From the IMG/VR virus record IMGVR_UViG_3300005578_000001, positions 1 to 64,000 of that record: 64,000 nucleotides of DNA; one strand, 5' to 3'. Position 1 is the stretch's first letter. Each line of letters starts with the position of its first letter. The notes beneath the pieces are model-generated. The model saw only the letters and a program-made list of their open reading frames with translations. It was not told the DNA's origin and searched no databases. Positions 46,993 to 57,599 of the stretch are shown one piece after another. The stretch is from a virus. Both the position numbers and the translations under genes were made by a program.

Positions 46993-47532
46993 TCACGTCC
47001 TCTCTCCTTCCCTCTCTGCGCGGGACTTGGCCCAAGCGCGAACTTGATCCATCGCTTCGTCAAGACTCGCGCGCTCCGTTCGCAGCAACTCGAGCGGCAC
47101 AATACTGTTCGCGTAAACTGTGATAGCGACGCCGCCGGTCGTAAGAAAGCTCACGTTGCAGCAATGCGGCGTCAACTCTCGAAGTTCTTTCAGCGCTGCT
47201 TCTACTGTTAATCCTGTCTCAAAGTGGGGAGTGGCGATTATCCGCCTGAGAATCTCGTTTGCCGTAGCTCGCAAGTAGCCCAGCCGGAGTTTGTCGCCGC
47301 CAGCCGCATTCTCTGCTGTCTGTCCGCATTCGTCGATGTAGCCGTTGATGATACCCAGCACGTCCGCTGCTGCGCGGGGAAGATCAGCGTCCGGTAACTT
47401 CGCGGCGCGCAAAGTCATGGCCATGTTCGTTCCGAATTCAACAGTACGTTCGTTAGTTTCCGGCCCGTTTCGTAACGTGTCCTCAATCCATTGTGCGGCC
47501 CACTCAAGGGCGTCGTTGTATGTTTTTGCCAC
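46993..47532 (-). CDS. Hypothetical protein
   Basis: GGAGG RBS with GTG start. Confidence 0.6.
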   Translation of the reverse strand: MAKTYNDALEWAAQWIEDTLRNGPETNERTVEFGTNMAMTLRAAKLPDADLPRAAADVLGIINGYIDECGQTAENAAGGDKLRLGYLRATANEILRRIIATPHFETGLTVEAALKELRELTPHCCNVSFLTTGGVAITVYANSIVPLELLRTERASLDEAMDQVRAWAKSRAEREGERT

Positions 47533-47698
47533 TTAATCCTCCAAGAAGTAATCGTGCGGCGCTTCTCCAGCTCGCAATTCGTACACCGCCCGGCTTCAAT
47601 GTCTGCACTCGTCAGCACCGCGTCGCAAGACCAGCACGCGCCGAGGTTGTAGTCGGAGCGAGGTGCGGTGATGCGGGCGTGGAGTTGAGTGCGGCTGA

Positions 47699-48058
47699 TC
47701 ATAGGTACTTCTCGATTCTGTCGGCGATGTACTCAAATGTTTCGCCACGGTCATTTAACTTTGACGCTGACGCTGAATTACTCGCGATTCCGAGAACGGG
47801 GTTAGGGTCGCCGAGTTCCGCCCACTCCTGTACCGCAAAGGGAAGTTCTGAATCGTCAGCGCCATTGGAGGTTTCAAACCACGCTTTGTTGTGTTCGTTC
47901 CATGAGCCGTCGCCTGTATCTTTACGGTAGACCTCACACAGTACTCCTAGACAACAGAAGCGATCGTCTCCGTTGGAAACCCGTAGCAGCTTTTTGCCTT
48001 GTTCATACTTGCCGCTCCGCAGCGCCTTGATCCACAACTTCTTGATTCGTTTGTTCAT
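47699..48058 (-). CDS. Conserved phage protein
   Basis: WIKALRSGKYEQG..L...FCCLGVLC...LND.G.TF..IAD.IE. Confidence 0.75.
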   Translation of the reverse strand: MNKRIKKLWIKALRSGKYEQGKKLLRVSNGDDRFCCLGVLCEVYRKDTGDGSWNEHNKAWFETSNGADDSELPFAVQEWAELGDPNPVLGIASNSASASKLNDRGETFEYIADRIEKYL

Positions 48059-48104
48059 CTCTGAATCCTCTCCCTCCCGACGCGCAGCATTTCAATCAGA
48101 TTTC

Positions 48105-48401
48105 TCATCTGACATTCGCCTCCGTATCCAGCTTACCCGCATCATACAATCCGATCCGTTCACAGATTCGCATCATCTGATTTGCTATCCCGCGTCTCTC
48201 GTTGATAAGCGCTCCGGCGCAGTGAATCGACTTCCCGGTGGCGCGATACTCGGACTCTTCATTGTCCGCATCAGCGGTCTGATGACAGGGGAATTCATTA
48301 GCGGCGAACTCTCTCAGTCGCGCCAGTTTGAAGCCTCGCTTCATTTGCGGCGTGTTCAGAAACGGACACTGGTTGCACGGCGAAGTCATCGTGTATTTCA
48401 C
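48105..48401 (-). CDS. Cys-rich phage protein
   Basis: PCNQCPF, FPCHQT, HCAGAL. Confidence 0.7.
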   Translation of the reverse strand: MKYTMTSPCNQCPFLNTPQMKRGFKLARLREFAANEFPCHQTADADNEESEYRATGKSIHCAGALINERRGIANQMMRICERIGLYDAGKLDTEANVR

Positions 48402-49520
48402 TCTGTCCCCACTTTCCGTGTGCGTAGTAGCTCTTTCAGGTCAGTGTTCTGCTCCCGCAATGTCTCTGTATGCGCATCAGCCCAGCCTGTCGCGTAGCCC
48501 GTAGAATAATCGTAAAATTGCGGGTCGAAGTTGTACGGGGCGCATTGCAACTCGGCTATCCGTTGACACACCGCATCGACGAAATTACAGCGCTGCTCGT
48601 TGGCGAAATCTTCATCTGCGTTATCGAACCGCCACTCGTGTGTTAGGCTGTCCGAGTGCCGGCAGCCTGCGTCGATCACGTCCATGATGGCCGCACGAAT
48701 TGTCGTCAACGAGGCGAACTTCTTATCGTTCTCCATTGCGGCCAGGATTCGTTGCGCACGGGCCGGATCGAGTCGCTCCGTCAATTTCTCTCCGTCGTTC
48801 AAATCTACTCGGGCTCGTTCCAGCACGGGAGTGGCGAGGGCGATGAACTCAGCTTCATTTAGCCTGCTCGACTGCTCACCCACCCAGCGGCACATACTAC
48901 ATGCGCATAGATTACTGTCGTGAATCATTGCCGTACCTCCTCTTCCACCGTCACTACGTCCGGCCGTTCACGCTCGTCTTCGCCTGTCAACTCTTCCAGT
49001 TGCCGATCGAGTATTTCCTGAATCTCACCACGACTGCGACAACGGATATAGAGGTGCCACGTCCACCACAGGCGGTTACGGCAATCGCCCCAGCGCAGTA
49101 CGCCGAAGTTTCCACCCAACGCCCGGTACATAACCGAGTAACACATGTAGATGACAAGAAACGGCGGCATGATGTCAAAGTGTTTGAAACAGTCACGCGC
49201 GGCTTTGCAACGTTCATTATAAAATTGCTTGTTGGGTGGCTTAATGTTAACTCTCATCCGCGCTCGCCTCCTCGGGTGGTGGGGTTGGTTGCGCTCATCC
49301 CAGCCACGTCTTGATCTGTTCAAGGTAGTAGATCGCCGCATAGATCACGTAGGTCCAGCCGAACACGGCGGCAAGTAACGCCCAGAGGAACGAATGCCAC
49401 AGCTTCCATGAAATAATGAAAGCTACTACGCCGCCCGCTGAAAACATTGTGCAGCCTGCGCCGCTACTTGAATTTGATTTGCTCTCACTCATCTCCTCCC
49501 CTTCCCTTTCGGCCCCGGCT

Positions 49521-49874
49521 TCATCCTTTACACGTTCCGCACGCAAATGCGAACAATGTTGCTAGGTTAATTTCTGCGATAGCCTGATTTTCCTTGTAGA
49601 GCACGATGAACATTTCCGTGAATAGATGCGCCTCTTCCATGTCGATAACAGCCGAACCGATCTCGTTTGATTCTGGCGACAGGCGAGAGCGTAATTCTAG
49701 TTCGCGCTCCGATAAGTGCTTCAATCCCCAGAATCCCGCATTGTCGAAGTTACCGCCGAAAGCTACGGCGTCCAAGTCCTGCTCGTCAGGCTCGTGCCAG
49801 TCGGGCCGGACCTTTAGCTCTTTTGCTAATTCCTGTAGTTGTAGTTGCGTGCGAATCCTTCTGATGTCGCTCAT
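49521..49874 (-). CDS. Hypothetical protein
   Basis: LKVRPDWHEPDEQ..FDNAGFWG..INLATL; ATGA coupling. Confidence 0.6.
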   Translation of the reverse strand: MSDIRRIRTQLQLQELAKELKVRPDWHEPDEQDLDAVAFGGNFDNAGFWGLKHLSERELELRSRLSPESNEIGSAVIDMEEAHLFTEMFIVLYKENQAIAEINLATLFAFACGTCKG

Positions 49875-50005
49875 CTTTTTTCTTTCGGCTCCTCGCGCCA
49901 GTCCATGCGCTTACATCTTGAGCAAACCTTCGGCAACTTCGGTTTACGTGGATGCCAGACATGGCCGCAGCGCTTGCATTCCAACGTGCTTAGTTTCACT
50001 CTCAT
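49871..50005 (-). CDS. 44-aa Zn-ribbon protein, leaderless (not in track)
   Basis: MRVKLSTLECKRCGHVWHPRKPKLPKVCSRCKRMDWREEPKEKR. Confidence 0.75.
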   Translation of the reverse strand: MRVKLSTLECKRCGHVWHPRKPKLPKVCSRCKRMDWREEPKEKR

Positions 50006-50010
50006 ACTGA

Positions 50011-50041
50011 TACGTATAACCTATACGTAGTGAGAAGTCAA
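50011..50041 (-). promoter_or_regulatory. Promoter with palindromic operator
   Basis: TTGACT-17-TATACG; TACGTATA-ACC-TATACGTA (50011-50029). Confidence 0.65.
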
Positions 50042-50983
50042 CAAAATAATTCACTCCTCTCTCACCCACTCCGGCGCAGGGTGGCGAGCAGCTCCTTGAA
50101 CTCGTCCAGACTGCGCCGGGCCTGACCGTTGCCGAGATGCGAAGACTTATTACCTGCGTAGGCATCGACGTACTTCTGTATCGCGGCTACCAGTCGTGGC
50201 ACGGCAGCGTGGTCAGCGACAATCTGCTCGGCAGTTGCTTCGTCCGTCGTAAAAGCCACATAGAAGCCGCGCTCGTCAACGATCTCTCGCTTGCTCTTAT
50301 GGACGCGCCACTCCCTAGTGTCCGGCGCGGGTTGCGTGGCGGGTTGTGTAGCTGGCTGCGGTAATGGCTTGTGATGCGACGGATGTGTATCATCCGCGCC
50401 GCATCTGACGCAGTATTTTCCATAAGGCTCAAATTCGTGGTAAGGCATAGTCGTTTCAGTTGTCATCTCCTGATCCCCTTTCTGAGTTGCGGTCTGATGA
50501 GTTGCGTTAGCAAACGCAATGGTCCGTTAGTTCCATAAACCACGCACGCCAGTATTCAATATGATCACTAGCAGGAAGATCCTTTCTAATCGTCACCGAC
50601 GGAGGGTGGACGTAGACATCGTTACCTAGCACGGTAACAACCCAGCCGTTATTTTTATTCCACTCCTTTTAACTTTCCATCTCAAACTCATCATAGTCAC
50701 CGTGCGCTGCAAACACGCAGGCTCGTTCCATGTAGTAAGGCTCGCCAAAGAACTTGTGTAGAATCGTCTCGGCGACGTCGTAAGCAAACCCCGTATCAAT
50801 CGGATCGCCGTTGAGATACGTATCTCGCAACGTGATCCAGACACCGTGTAGCTCTCGCTTCACGATCCGCCCGTCACGGCCTTGTAATTCAGGAAAGTCG
50901 GGTCCGGCGTAGACTGCGAATTTGTCAACCGTCGTCATCATCCTTCTCCTCTTTCTTTAAGGTGAGCACGAGATTAGTCGCCC

Positions 50984-51358
50984 TTAGCCACCAAACCATG
51001 CCGCTGAAACATTATTGAGCATTGTCGGCCACGAATTGTCCGGTGTATACATCTTTCGCGTCTTTCTGGCCCATGTAATTACCTCACCTGGAGAGTCGAT
51101 CACCGTCTCGTAACTAAAACTCTGATATGGCGTAAGTACCGAACTGTCCGAATCGTGAACCACAACACAAAACGTCGCACCGCGTTTATCAATTCCCATA
51201 AAAGTACAGTCGGATAAGCTGGCGACTTTCTCTGCACGTTCCGCGATCAGGTTCATAGCCTGAAATCTATTTAGACCCTGCTCCCGAGCAAGATCGTTTC
51301 TGAATTGAAAGTTTGGATTCACTGTCTTAATCTCCTCTGTCGTGTTCGTCTCGTTCAT
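50984..51358 (-). CDS. Hypothetical protein
   Basis: ORF in the early leftward operon. Confidence 0.55.
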   Translation of the reverse strand: MNETNTTEEIKTVNPNFQFRNDLAREQGLNRFQAMNLIAERAEKVASLSDCTFMGIDKRGATFCVVVHDSDSSVLTPYQSFSYETVIDSPGEVITWARKTRKMYTPDNSWPTMLNNVSAAWFGG

Positions 51359-51370
51359 AGTGAGTGCATC

Positions 51371-51886
51371 CTACTTGTTGAGTTTTTCAACCGAGCCGCC
51401 ATCGATCCCCTGTTTCCAGTAGCCGTATGTACCATCGTCGCGCAATGTCTCGATGTACCAGCCGTCTGTTTTACCGTAGTGGTTAGCAGTTTTGACATTG
51501 AACTCGCGCCCGTTGATACGAACTCGATCACCGCTCTTAAGATCGAAGTGTTTGACCAAGTTCAGTCCGGCCTTGCGCTTGTCGGCGCACTTGCCACATT
51601 CGCCGTAACCATTCAGAAAGTTAAGTTTCTGACATACCTTGCAATCTTCCATACCCTGCTCGCGCTGACTTGCGGCATCAAATTCATTGAGCGTGTCAAA
51701 GGCAGACTGCGCATCTTCAATAGCTTCACGGACGTTTGCTTTGCCGATCTGCGAGTACGGTTTGTCGTACATCGCGCCCGCAAGTTGCAACAGTTTCTCG
51801 CTGCGTGACATTAAGCGGTTGATTAGATCATTGCGACTGCTCGCGTCTACCATTGATAGGATTTGCTTTGTCGTTTTCGGTTGCAT
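51371..51886 (-). CDS. Hypothetical protein, first gene of the leftward early operon
   Basis: AAGGAG RBS; CKVC/CGKC. Confidence 0.65.
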   Translation of the reverse strand: MQPKTTKQILSMVDASSRNDLINRLMSRSEKLLQLAGAMYDKPYSQIGKANVREAIEDAQSAFDTLNEFDAASQREQGMEDCKVCQKLNFLNGYGECGKCADKRKAGLNLVKHFDLKSGDRVRINGREFNVKTANHYGKTDGWYIETLRDDGTYGYWKQGIDGGSVEKLNK

Positions 51887-51910
51887 CGTTGTTATTTCTC
51901 CTTGACGCGC

Positions 51911-51983
51911 ATCCTACTCCTGTTATTTCCACCTGTCAAGCAAATAATTACCACTTGACAAAATTATTTTCAGGGTGTAATCT
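51911..51983. promoter_or_regulatory. Divergent promoter pair at the main strand switch
   Basis: Minus: TTGACA-17-TAGGAT (51939-51911); plus: TTGACA-17-TAATCT (51955-51983). Confidence 0.8.
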
Positions 51984-51991
51984 GCGGCTCG

Positions 51992-52189
51992 ATGAAACCC
52001 GTAACGATTACAGAAGCGGCCAAGATCAAAGGCGTGACGCGACAGGCGATCCACGCTGCCATCCGGGCCGACAAGCTCAGAACTGTCATAGTTGACGTGC
52101 CGACGCGCATGGTGGTGCGGCAATCGCTAAACCACTGGCAACCGAATGGCAATATGAAGCGAGCTGGCAGACCGAAGCGAAAGGGGTAA
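51992..52189 (+). CDS. Small HTH DNA-binding protein (Cro/excisionase-like), leaderless
   Basis: VTITEAAKIKGVTRQAIHAAIRADKL...AGRP. Confidence 0.8.
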   Translation: MKPVTITEAAKIKGVTRQAIHAAIRADKLRTVIVDVPTRMVVRQSLNHWQPNGNMKRAGRPKRKG

Positions 52190-53278
52190 AGGAGATGAAT
52201 CTAGCACTGACAACCAATGACGGCGAGATCGTAACCGTAGTCGAAGATATTGAGGATTACGACCTAAGTAAGCAGGTGGCAGCGGTGGAAGTAATTGAAG
52301 CTATTAAGACGGAGCTTGCAAGGAGACGGCATGGGTAAGCGGCGTAGCGCTGTCCATTACACGCCTGTAGACACGTGGTCATGGTGTAAGTTACCGCTTC
52401 CAGTTAACGGAACGGCCAATCTTGAGCACGTAACCTGCAAGCGCTGTATCGCAGCGATGACGCCAGCACAACGAGCGCAGCAACTAACCAACCCACGGGA
52501 GGGAGTACGAGCGAGGCGAGCGATATCTACGCAAGGCAAGTCCAAGATCTCCGCAACTGGTACAAGCTGCGACTGCCAGCCTTCGGCAAGATCGTACTTA
52601 GCGAGGCTGAATACAAAGCCGGAACCGACAGTCTCGAAGGTTTCCACGCAGATCTGGTCAAGGCCGCATTTGTCGAATGGCTGTCAATGCGCAGGTACGA
52701 ACTGAGCTACAATCAGGGTTGTGTAGCGTTCTTTAGCGCGGCGAAGGATTTGGAACTACTGGAGGTTCAGCCATGATCACCACCACCTACAACCTCTGGC
52801 GTAATGGAGGACAGCCATGCACCGACTAACCCTCTCCGACTACGCCCTCGTCATCCTGCTCCTTATTGCCCTGGCGCTCGGTTTGAGCTATGGGTTACAG
52901 CGCTGGTTGACGCAGGTGAGTAGTGAGACGAGTGGGCGAATTGAGCACGCGGGGAGGAGCTATCAATGATCTTTCCAGTTATTACGTTTTTCCTCGCGGT
53001 TGTGGCATTAGTTGGACTCGTTCGATCGGAGTCTTTTGCCGCACAGGCTATATTCGCGTTCTGGGCAGTTCTGCTTACGATCTTGACCGCGCAAGCCTCG
53101 ACCGATGAAGCAATTGAAGAACGGCGTAAGTCAAGAGAAACGGCTTAGAAACAGGCACTGGTAAATAACGCACGGGCCAACAAATCTCAACGGTGACTAA
53201 CACGGATGAAATATTGAAGTAAGAAATTCTTCCGTTCATTGAGTGACTGTAGTACAGTAGGGGATTAGAGGGTCACGT

Positions 53279-53452
53279 ATGATCTCAATTCCACTAATAA
53301 TTTGCTTACTTGGCCTGACTTTTTGGATCATCCTGAGTGCGCCAACCTCGTCACACTGGATCAAGTCTCTACTCGCAGAAGCCTCCAAGTGGTGTTTTAT
53401 TATTGGTTTATTCTGGACTTTAGCGCCTTATGCGGGGAAGGTGTTGTTTTAG
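53279..53452 (+). CDS. 57-aa two-TM membrane protein (not in track)
   Basis: GAGGG RBS; MISIPLIICLLGLTFWIIL...WCFIIGLFWTLA. Confidence 0.55.
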   Translation: MISIPLIICLLGLTFWIILSAPTSSHWIKSLLAEASKWCFIIGLFWTLAPYAGKVLF

Positions 53453-53462
53453 GGCAGTTACC

Positions 53463-53891
53463 GTGAGCACGAATCGCCTTATTGTCGCCGCTTTTGACTG
53501 GACTGAGCAACGCTCTCGTGCCGCGGTCGCCCTAGCTGAAGGGAAGACACAAAAGCAAGTTGCGCAAGAGGTTGAGGCGGGAGAGCGCACAATCCGAGAC
53601 TGGCTGGCTAATCCTGATTTCGCGGCAGAGGTAGATCGGTTATCTTTAATGGTGGGAATTGCGAGTCGGGCTGAACGGCTTCGATTAGCGATGCGTGTTG
53701 TCAGAGAGAGAACCAAAGGTGAGGCGCCGGAAACAGATAGAGACTTGCTAGAATGGCTAAAGTTTGCGCAAAGTGAAACGGACGGAATCAAACTCAGTCT
53801 TACCGCCCAACTTGCCGCCGTCTCTACGACTGAGACACCTGTGGCCGATTCAGGATCAGATCGAGATAGCCTCACGAGCCAGTCAATCTAA
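53463..53891 (+). CDS. Terminase small subunit-like HTH protein
   Basis: LAEGKTQKQVAQEV....RTIRDWLANPDF; directly upstream of TerL. Confidence 0.7.
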   Translation: MSTNRLIVAAFDWTEQRSRAAVALAEGKTQKQVAQEVEAGERTIRDWLANPDFAAEVDRLSLMVGIASRAERLRLAMRVVRERTKGEAPETDRDLLEWLKFAQSETDGIKLSLTAQLAAVSTTETPVADSGSDRDSLTSQSI

Positions 53892-55419
53892 TAGTCCCGT
53901 CCTCGAAAAATATCAATCCCGTCCACAAGCTTACGCCAGAGAAATCCTTGGGGTCTCGCTGACCGAGGATCAGGACGAGATGCTGCAAAGCATCATTGAT
54001 AACCGCTACACTCTCGTCAAAGCTTCTCACGCAATCGGTAAGACGATGACAGCAGCGGTCGCTCTTTCTCACTGGTATGATTGCTGGGCGCGACATATTG
54101 GTTATGTGACCGCGCCAACCTGGGATCAGTCGTTCGGACTCACTTTCAAGCAGTTAAAGTCTCTTCGCCGCGCTAAGAATCTGCCCGGTTTAATCCTTGA
54201 GCGCATAATTAAAGATGCAGATAAGAACCGCGAGGGAGATCATTACGTTCGCGCCCTCAATGCTGAAAAAGGCGAAGGGTTTCAGGGAGAGCACTCGGCC
54301 CCGATCCTGATTGTCATCGAGGAAGGACCAGGCGTTCCAAAATATATCTGGGATGCTATCGGTGGCTTGATGACTACCCCGTCATGTCGAGTTTTCGCTA
54401 TTGGCAATCCAACTGACGAGGCGACCGAGTTTGGGCTCGCTTCTGAGTCGTCGCTCTATCACGCAATGAGCATTTCCGCATTGAACCATCCAAACATTAC
54501 CGCAGAGTTAAAATGCGAGGATGCACCCATTCCTGAAGCCGTCCGTCTCCTATGGCTGAAAGAAATGCTCGAAAAGGAATGTGAGCAAGTCGATTCTCCC
54601 TCAGAAGAATCATTCTTCTTTGTAGCTTTGCCTGAGATTGAAAAAGCCTTACGCGGTCAACCGGCAGACCTAGCCCACCAGTGGCACTACATGCCGACAG
54701 CATACTTTCAGGGTCGCGTGCTGGGCGAATTCCCAACACAGGCTGATCAGCAAGTTATTCCTAAATCCTGGTTAAAGTTTCAACCTGCTCTTACATGGTT
54801 AGGATCTGATTTACCCGAAATTGGTTGCGACGTTGCGCGTTTTGGTGACGATCGCACCACAGTCTTTGTACGTCGCGGGCCATGTCTGCTGAAGGGCAGT
54901 GAAATTCGCAAGATGGACACGGTTGAAGTTGCTACAGCTTGTAAAGATGAAGCGCTCGAAGCTGCACAAAACTATAAACCTGAGGCAACTAAAGAAGAGC
55001 AAGAGAGAATCGCCAAAAGACTCAGAATAAAGATTGACGTTACCGGAGGTTTAGGCGCAGGACCGCGCGACCTCCTTAAAAGTTGGGGTTACAACGCGAT
55101 CTCCGTAAATTCAAGTGAAAAGGCCAAGGACGAGGAGCAATACAAGAATGTGCGCTCTGAATTGTGGTTTGAGATGCGCGAGCGAGCCCGTACTAAGAGA
55201 CTTGACCTCTCACGATTGCGCAAAGACATTCGTGAACGTTTAGAGCGGGAATTTTCGGCTCCGAAGTACAAAGCGCCTGGCAAAAAGGTCGTAGAAGACA
55301 AGGCGCAAATGAAAGCGCGGCTGGGATACTCCCCAGACTTGGCAGACGGAGCAAATCTCACATTCTACGAACCTGCCAAGAGCGGTCAGGTTCAAATAGT
55401 AGGCCGGATACTCGGGTAG
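53764..55419 (+). CDS. terL: Terminase large subunit (start uncertain)
   Basis: Walker A KASHAIGKT, TAPT..Q, Walker B LIVIEE, IGNP, nuclease IGCDVARFGDD and SPDLAD. Confidence 0.92.
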   Translation: MRKVKRTESNSVLPPNLPPSLRLRHLWPIQDQIEIASRASQSNSPVLEKYQSRPQAYAREILGVSLTEDQDEMLQSIIDNRYTLVKASHAIGKTMTAAVALSHWYDCWARHIGYVTAPTWDQSFGLTFKQLKSLRRAKNLPGLILERIIKDADKNREGDHYVRALNAEKGEGFQGEHSAPILIVIEEGPGVPKYIWDAIGGLMTTPSCRVFAIGNPTDEATEFGLASESSLYHAMSISALNHPNITAELKCEDAPIPEAVRLLWLKEMLEKECEQVDSPSEESFFFVALPEIEKALRGQPADLAHQWHYMPTAYFQGRVLGEFPTQADQQVIPKSWLKFQPALTWLGSDLPEIGCDVARFGDDRTTVFVRRGPCLLKGSEIRKMDTVEVATACKDEALEAAQNYKPEATKEEQERIAKRLRIKIDVTGGLGAGPRDLLKSWGYNAISVNSSEKAKDEEQYKNVRSELWFEMRERARTKRLDLSRLRKDIRERLEREFSAPKYKAPGKKVVEDKAQMKARLGYSPDLADGANLTFYEPAKSGQVQIVGRILG

Positions 55420-55439
55420 ATACCTACAGATAATTCTAG

Positions 55440-55468
55440 TTGACGATAAGTAGGAATAGGTGTAGAGT
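55440..55468 (+). promoter_or_regulatory. Moron promoter, leaderless transcript
   Basis: TTGACG-17-TAGAGT with TG extension; ATG 8 nt downstream. Confidence 0.7.
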
Positions 55469-55476
55469 GCACCCCT

Positions 55477-55710
55477 ATGAGAGTCGAGTATGAACTTGAC
55501 CAATGGGAATGGCAGGGCACGACACGCTCGATCGAGATCGATCCTGAAGATTACGCTGGGCTGAGCGCAGATGAAATCAAAACACGGGTCTATAAAGAAA
55601 TCCGGCGAGACGCTGAGCAGAATCTGCACTTTGTTTATGCTGAGGACGACGTTGCCCAAGAGATCATAGAAGCCGCAGAGTCAGAAGACGACGAAGATGA
55701 GGCAGACTAA
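55477..55710 (+). CDS. Very acidic small protein
   Basis: D/E-rich 77 aa. Confidence 0.65.
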   Translation: MRVEYELDQWEWQGTTRSIEIDPEDYAGLSADEIKTRVYKEIRRDAEQNLHFVYAEDDVAQEIIEAAESEDDEDEAD

Positions 55711-55712
55711 AG

Positions 55713-56078
55713 GTGCGCTACCAAAGTAAAACCTACTCTCTCTCAGATGAAGTTGTCTTATGGCTGGAAGGGTTGCGCGCGGATTACGGCTCTATCAACA
55801 AGGGCTTGCTGGCAGTGATGGCGGTGAACGGCAGTGCTGACAAGAACGAGTCTATACAACACTCAGACCCTCGCACGATTCCCGGCATCTCGGTTGGCTT
55901 ACCAGAACAGAAACCGGAAGCTGGAGGATTCAAATGCCGCTGCGTTCACGCCAACTGCGGCAAGAAGTTTATGGCACCGACTCGCTACGCGACTCTTTGC
56001 GATGATTGTAAGGAGAAGGGTCACTTAGGGGTCCCAAAAGACTGTGGCGAGTGCTTGCTGTTACAGGGAGGATTGTGA
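55713..56078 (+). CDS. RHH-like N-terminus plus Zn-finger protein
   Basis: KTYSLSDEV..L; Cys-rich C-terminus. Confidence 0.55.
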   Translation: MRYQSKTYSLSDEVVLWLEGLRADYGSINKGLLAVMAVNGSADKNESIQHSDPRTIPGISVGLPEQKPEAGGFKCRCVHANCGKKFMAPTRYATLCDDCKEKGHLGVPKDCGECLLLQGGL

Positions 56079-56723
56079 GAGTTAAAGGTGAATGGCCCAG
56101 TGACGGTTAAGTATCCTAACTTGAAGCCGATGACCTACTTTAACCCCAACAGCCCAACCTTACGCGAGTTGATCATCGTCCTATTTGTAGGTATAGCGGT
56201 ACTGGTAACAACAAGACTGGAAGAGGCGTGGCGGTTTGTTACAGGAGGAGCCCGATGAATGAAGAACAGAAATCGATGGAAGAGCTACTCGACGAGGCGA
56301 CGGGACACCTTAACGACGCACGGCGACACTTAAATCAACTATTAGATGATCCTGAGCTGGGAAAACTATTTGAGCTACCGGATTGGCTGGCGACTATCGA
56401 GATCGACGGCGAACAGTAAAAAGGTTAAATGCGCGACTCATGGTTAATTATCTATCCTCTCGTTCTCGTAATCGAGGATTGTTACGTGCCTGAATCAGCC
56501 CGCTTAATTCTTGAAGTAGTAAAATACCTTGACGATGAAACCTGCGCGGTAACGCTTAAGCTACGGGCTATGGAAGCAGGTTGGAATCCGAGTCTCAATT
56601 AAGGCGGGATGCGTTACATGCGCCGAACGTCAGACCGACGCATGTATCCGGCTTCTGTTCCTGATACGAGCTGACGCAGGGATTTGTATTATAACTTAAT
56701 CTATAGCCTATTTTGAATCTGAA

Positions 56724-56972
56724 TTGGGTAACAAAGTGAATCTTACCTCCTGTCCTGATTGCGATAAGAGTATCTCACTCTCTGCGGAAACCTGTCCGCA
56801 CTGCGGCAAACTCTTTGCCCGTGAACCGACTGAGGTTACTCCCGGCCCGCGCTGGTCGTGGACAATCTACTGGGGCATAGTGCTGTTTGTGGTGATTCCG
56901 GGAATTATCAGTGCGGTAATTTCCACTCTCATATTCCTGTTGATAGCGGGAGCAGTGGCAGCAAGGAGATGA
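56724..56972 (+). CDS. Zn-ribbon plus TM protein
   Basis: CPDC..IS..A..CPHCG followed by a TM helix. Confidence 0.75.
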   Translation: MGNKVNLTSCPDCDKSISLSAETCPHCGKLFAREPTEVTPGPRWSWTIYWGIVLFVVIPGIISAVISTLIFLLIAGAVAARR

Positions 56973-57068
56973 GTCGCAGGTTGGATTAAACTCGGCTCGC
57001 GTAAAACTTTTCTCGCCTGAAAACCTTTAACTCGTTTATACTGCGCAACAGAAAAGGCCAGCGATGGT

Positions 57069-57494
57069 CTATTTCCTCTGAGAACGATCGAGATAGGTAA
57101 TCGCATTAATAAGACTATCTCGACGGTCTTTGAAACAACCAAGTCCTAAGTTACATTGGGTACACAAGAGCCCGCGTACAAAGCCCGTAGCGTGATCGTG
57201 ATCAACGGCAAACGGCAACTTCCCGCTGCCGTCCCATTCGCGCAACTCGCTACAGATAGCACATCTGCGGCCTTGTATTTCGTAACGACGTTTATATGAG
57301 ATGTAGGTCAACCCGTATTGCTTAAGCCGTTCATCAATGCGGGGGTGAGACGATGACCGCGGGGCGTTTTTCATACCCCGCAATGTGACGTATTCCATGC
57401 AAAAGGTCTTATTTCTGAACAGGTATAGCGGTAAGTTCTTAATGCAGCCGGGGCAAAGTTTCTTAGGTTCCGTGCTAGATGGTGTGGTATCCAT
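57069..57494 (-). CDS. Endonuclease VII-like homing endonuclease, antisense
   Basis: Q.RRCAIC, VDHDHATGFVRGLLCTQCNLGLGCFKD. Confidence 0.9.
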   Translation of the reverse strand: MDTTPSSTEPKKLCPGCIKNLPLYLFRNKTFCMEYVTLRGMKNAPRSSSHPRIDERLKQYGLTYISYKRRYEIQGRRCAICSELREWDGSGKLPFAVDHDHATGFVRGLLCTQCNLGLGCFKDRRDSLINAITYLDRSQRK

Positions 57495-57599
57495 TGGGCG
57501 CGATCTCCTGAATAGATTGCGATTGATGGTAGAACGGTCAGAACGCCTAAACGCTCTGACCGTTCGTATTGTAACACGCTTTCAACGAGCCATTACCTG

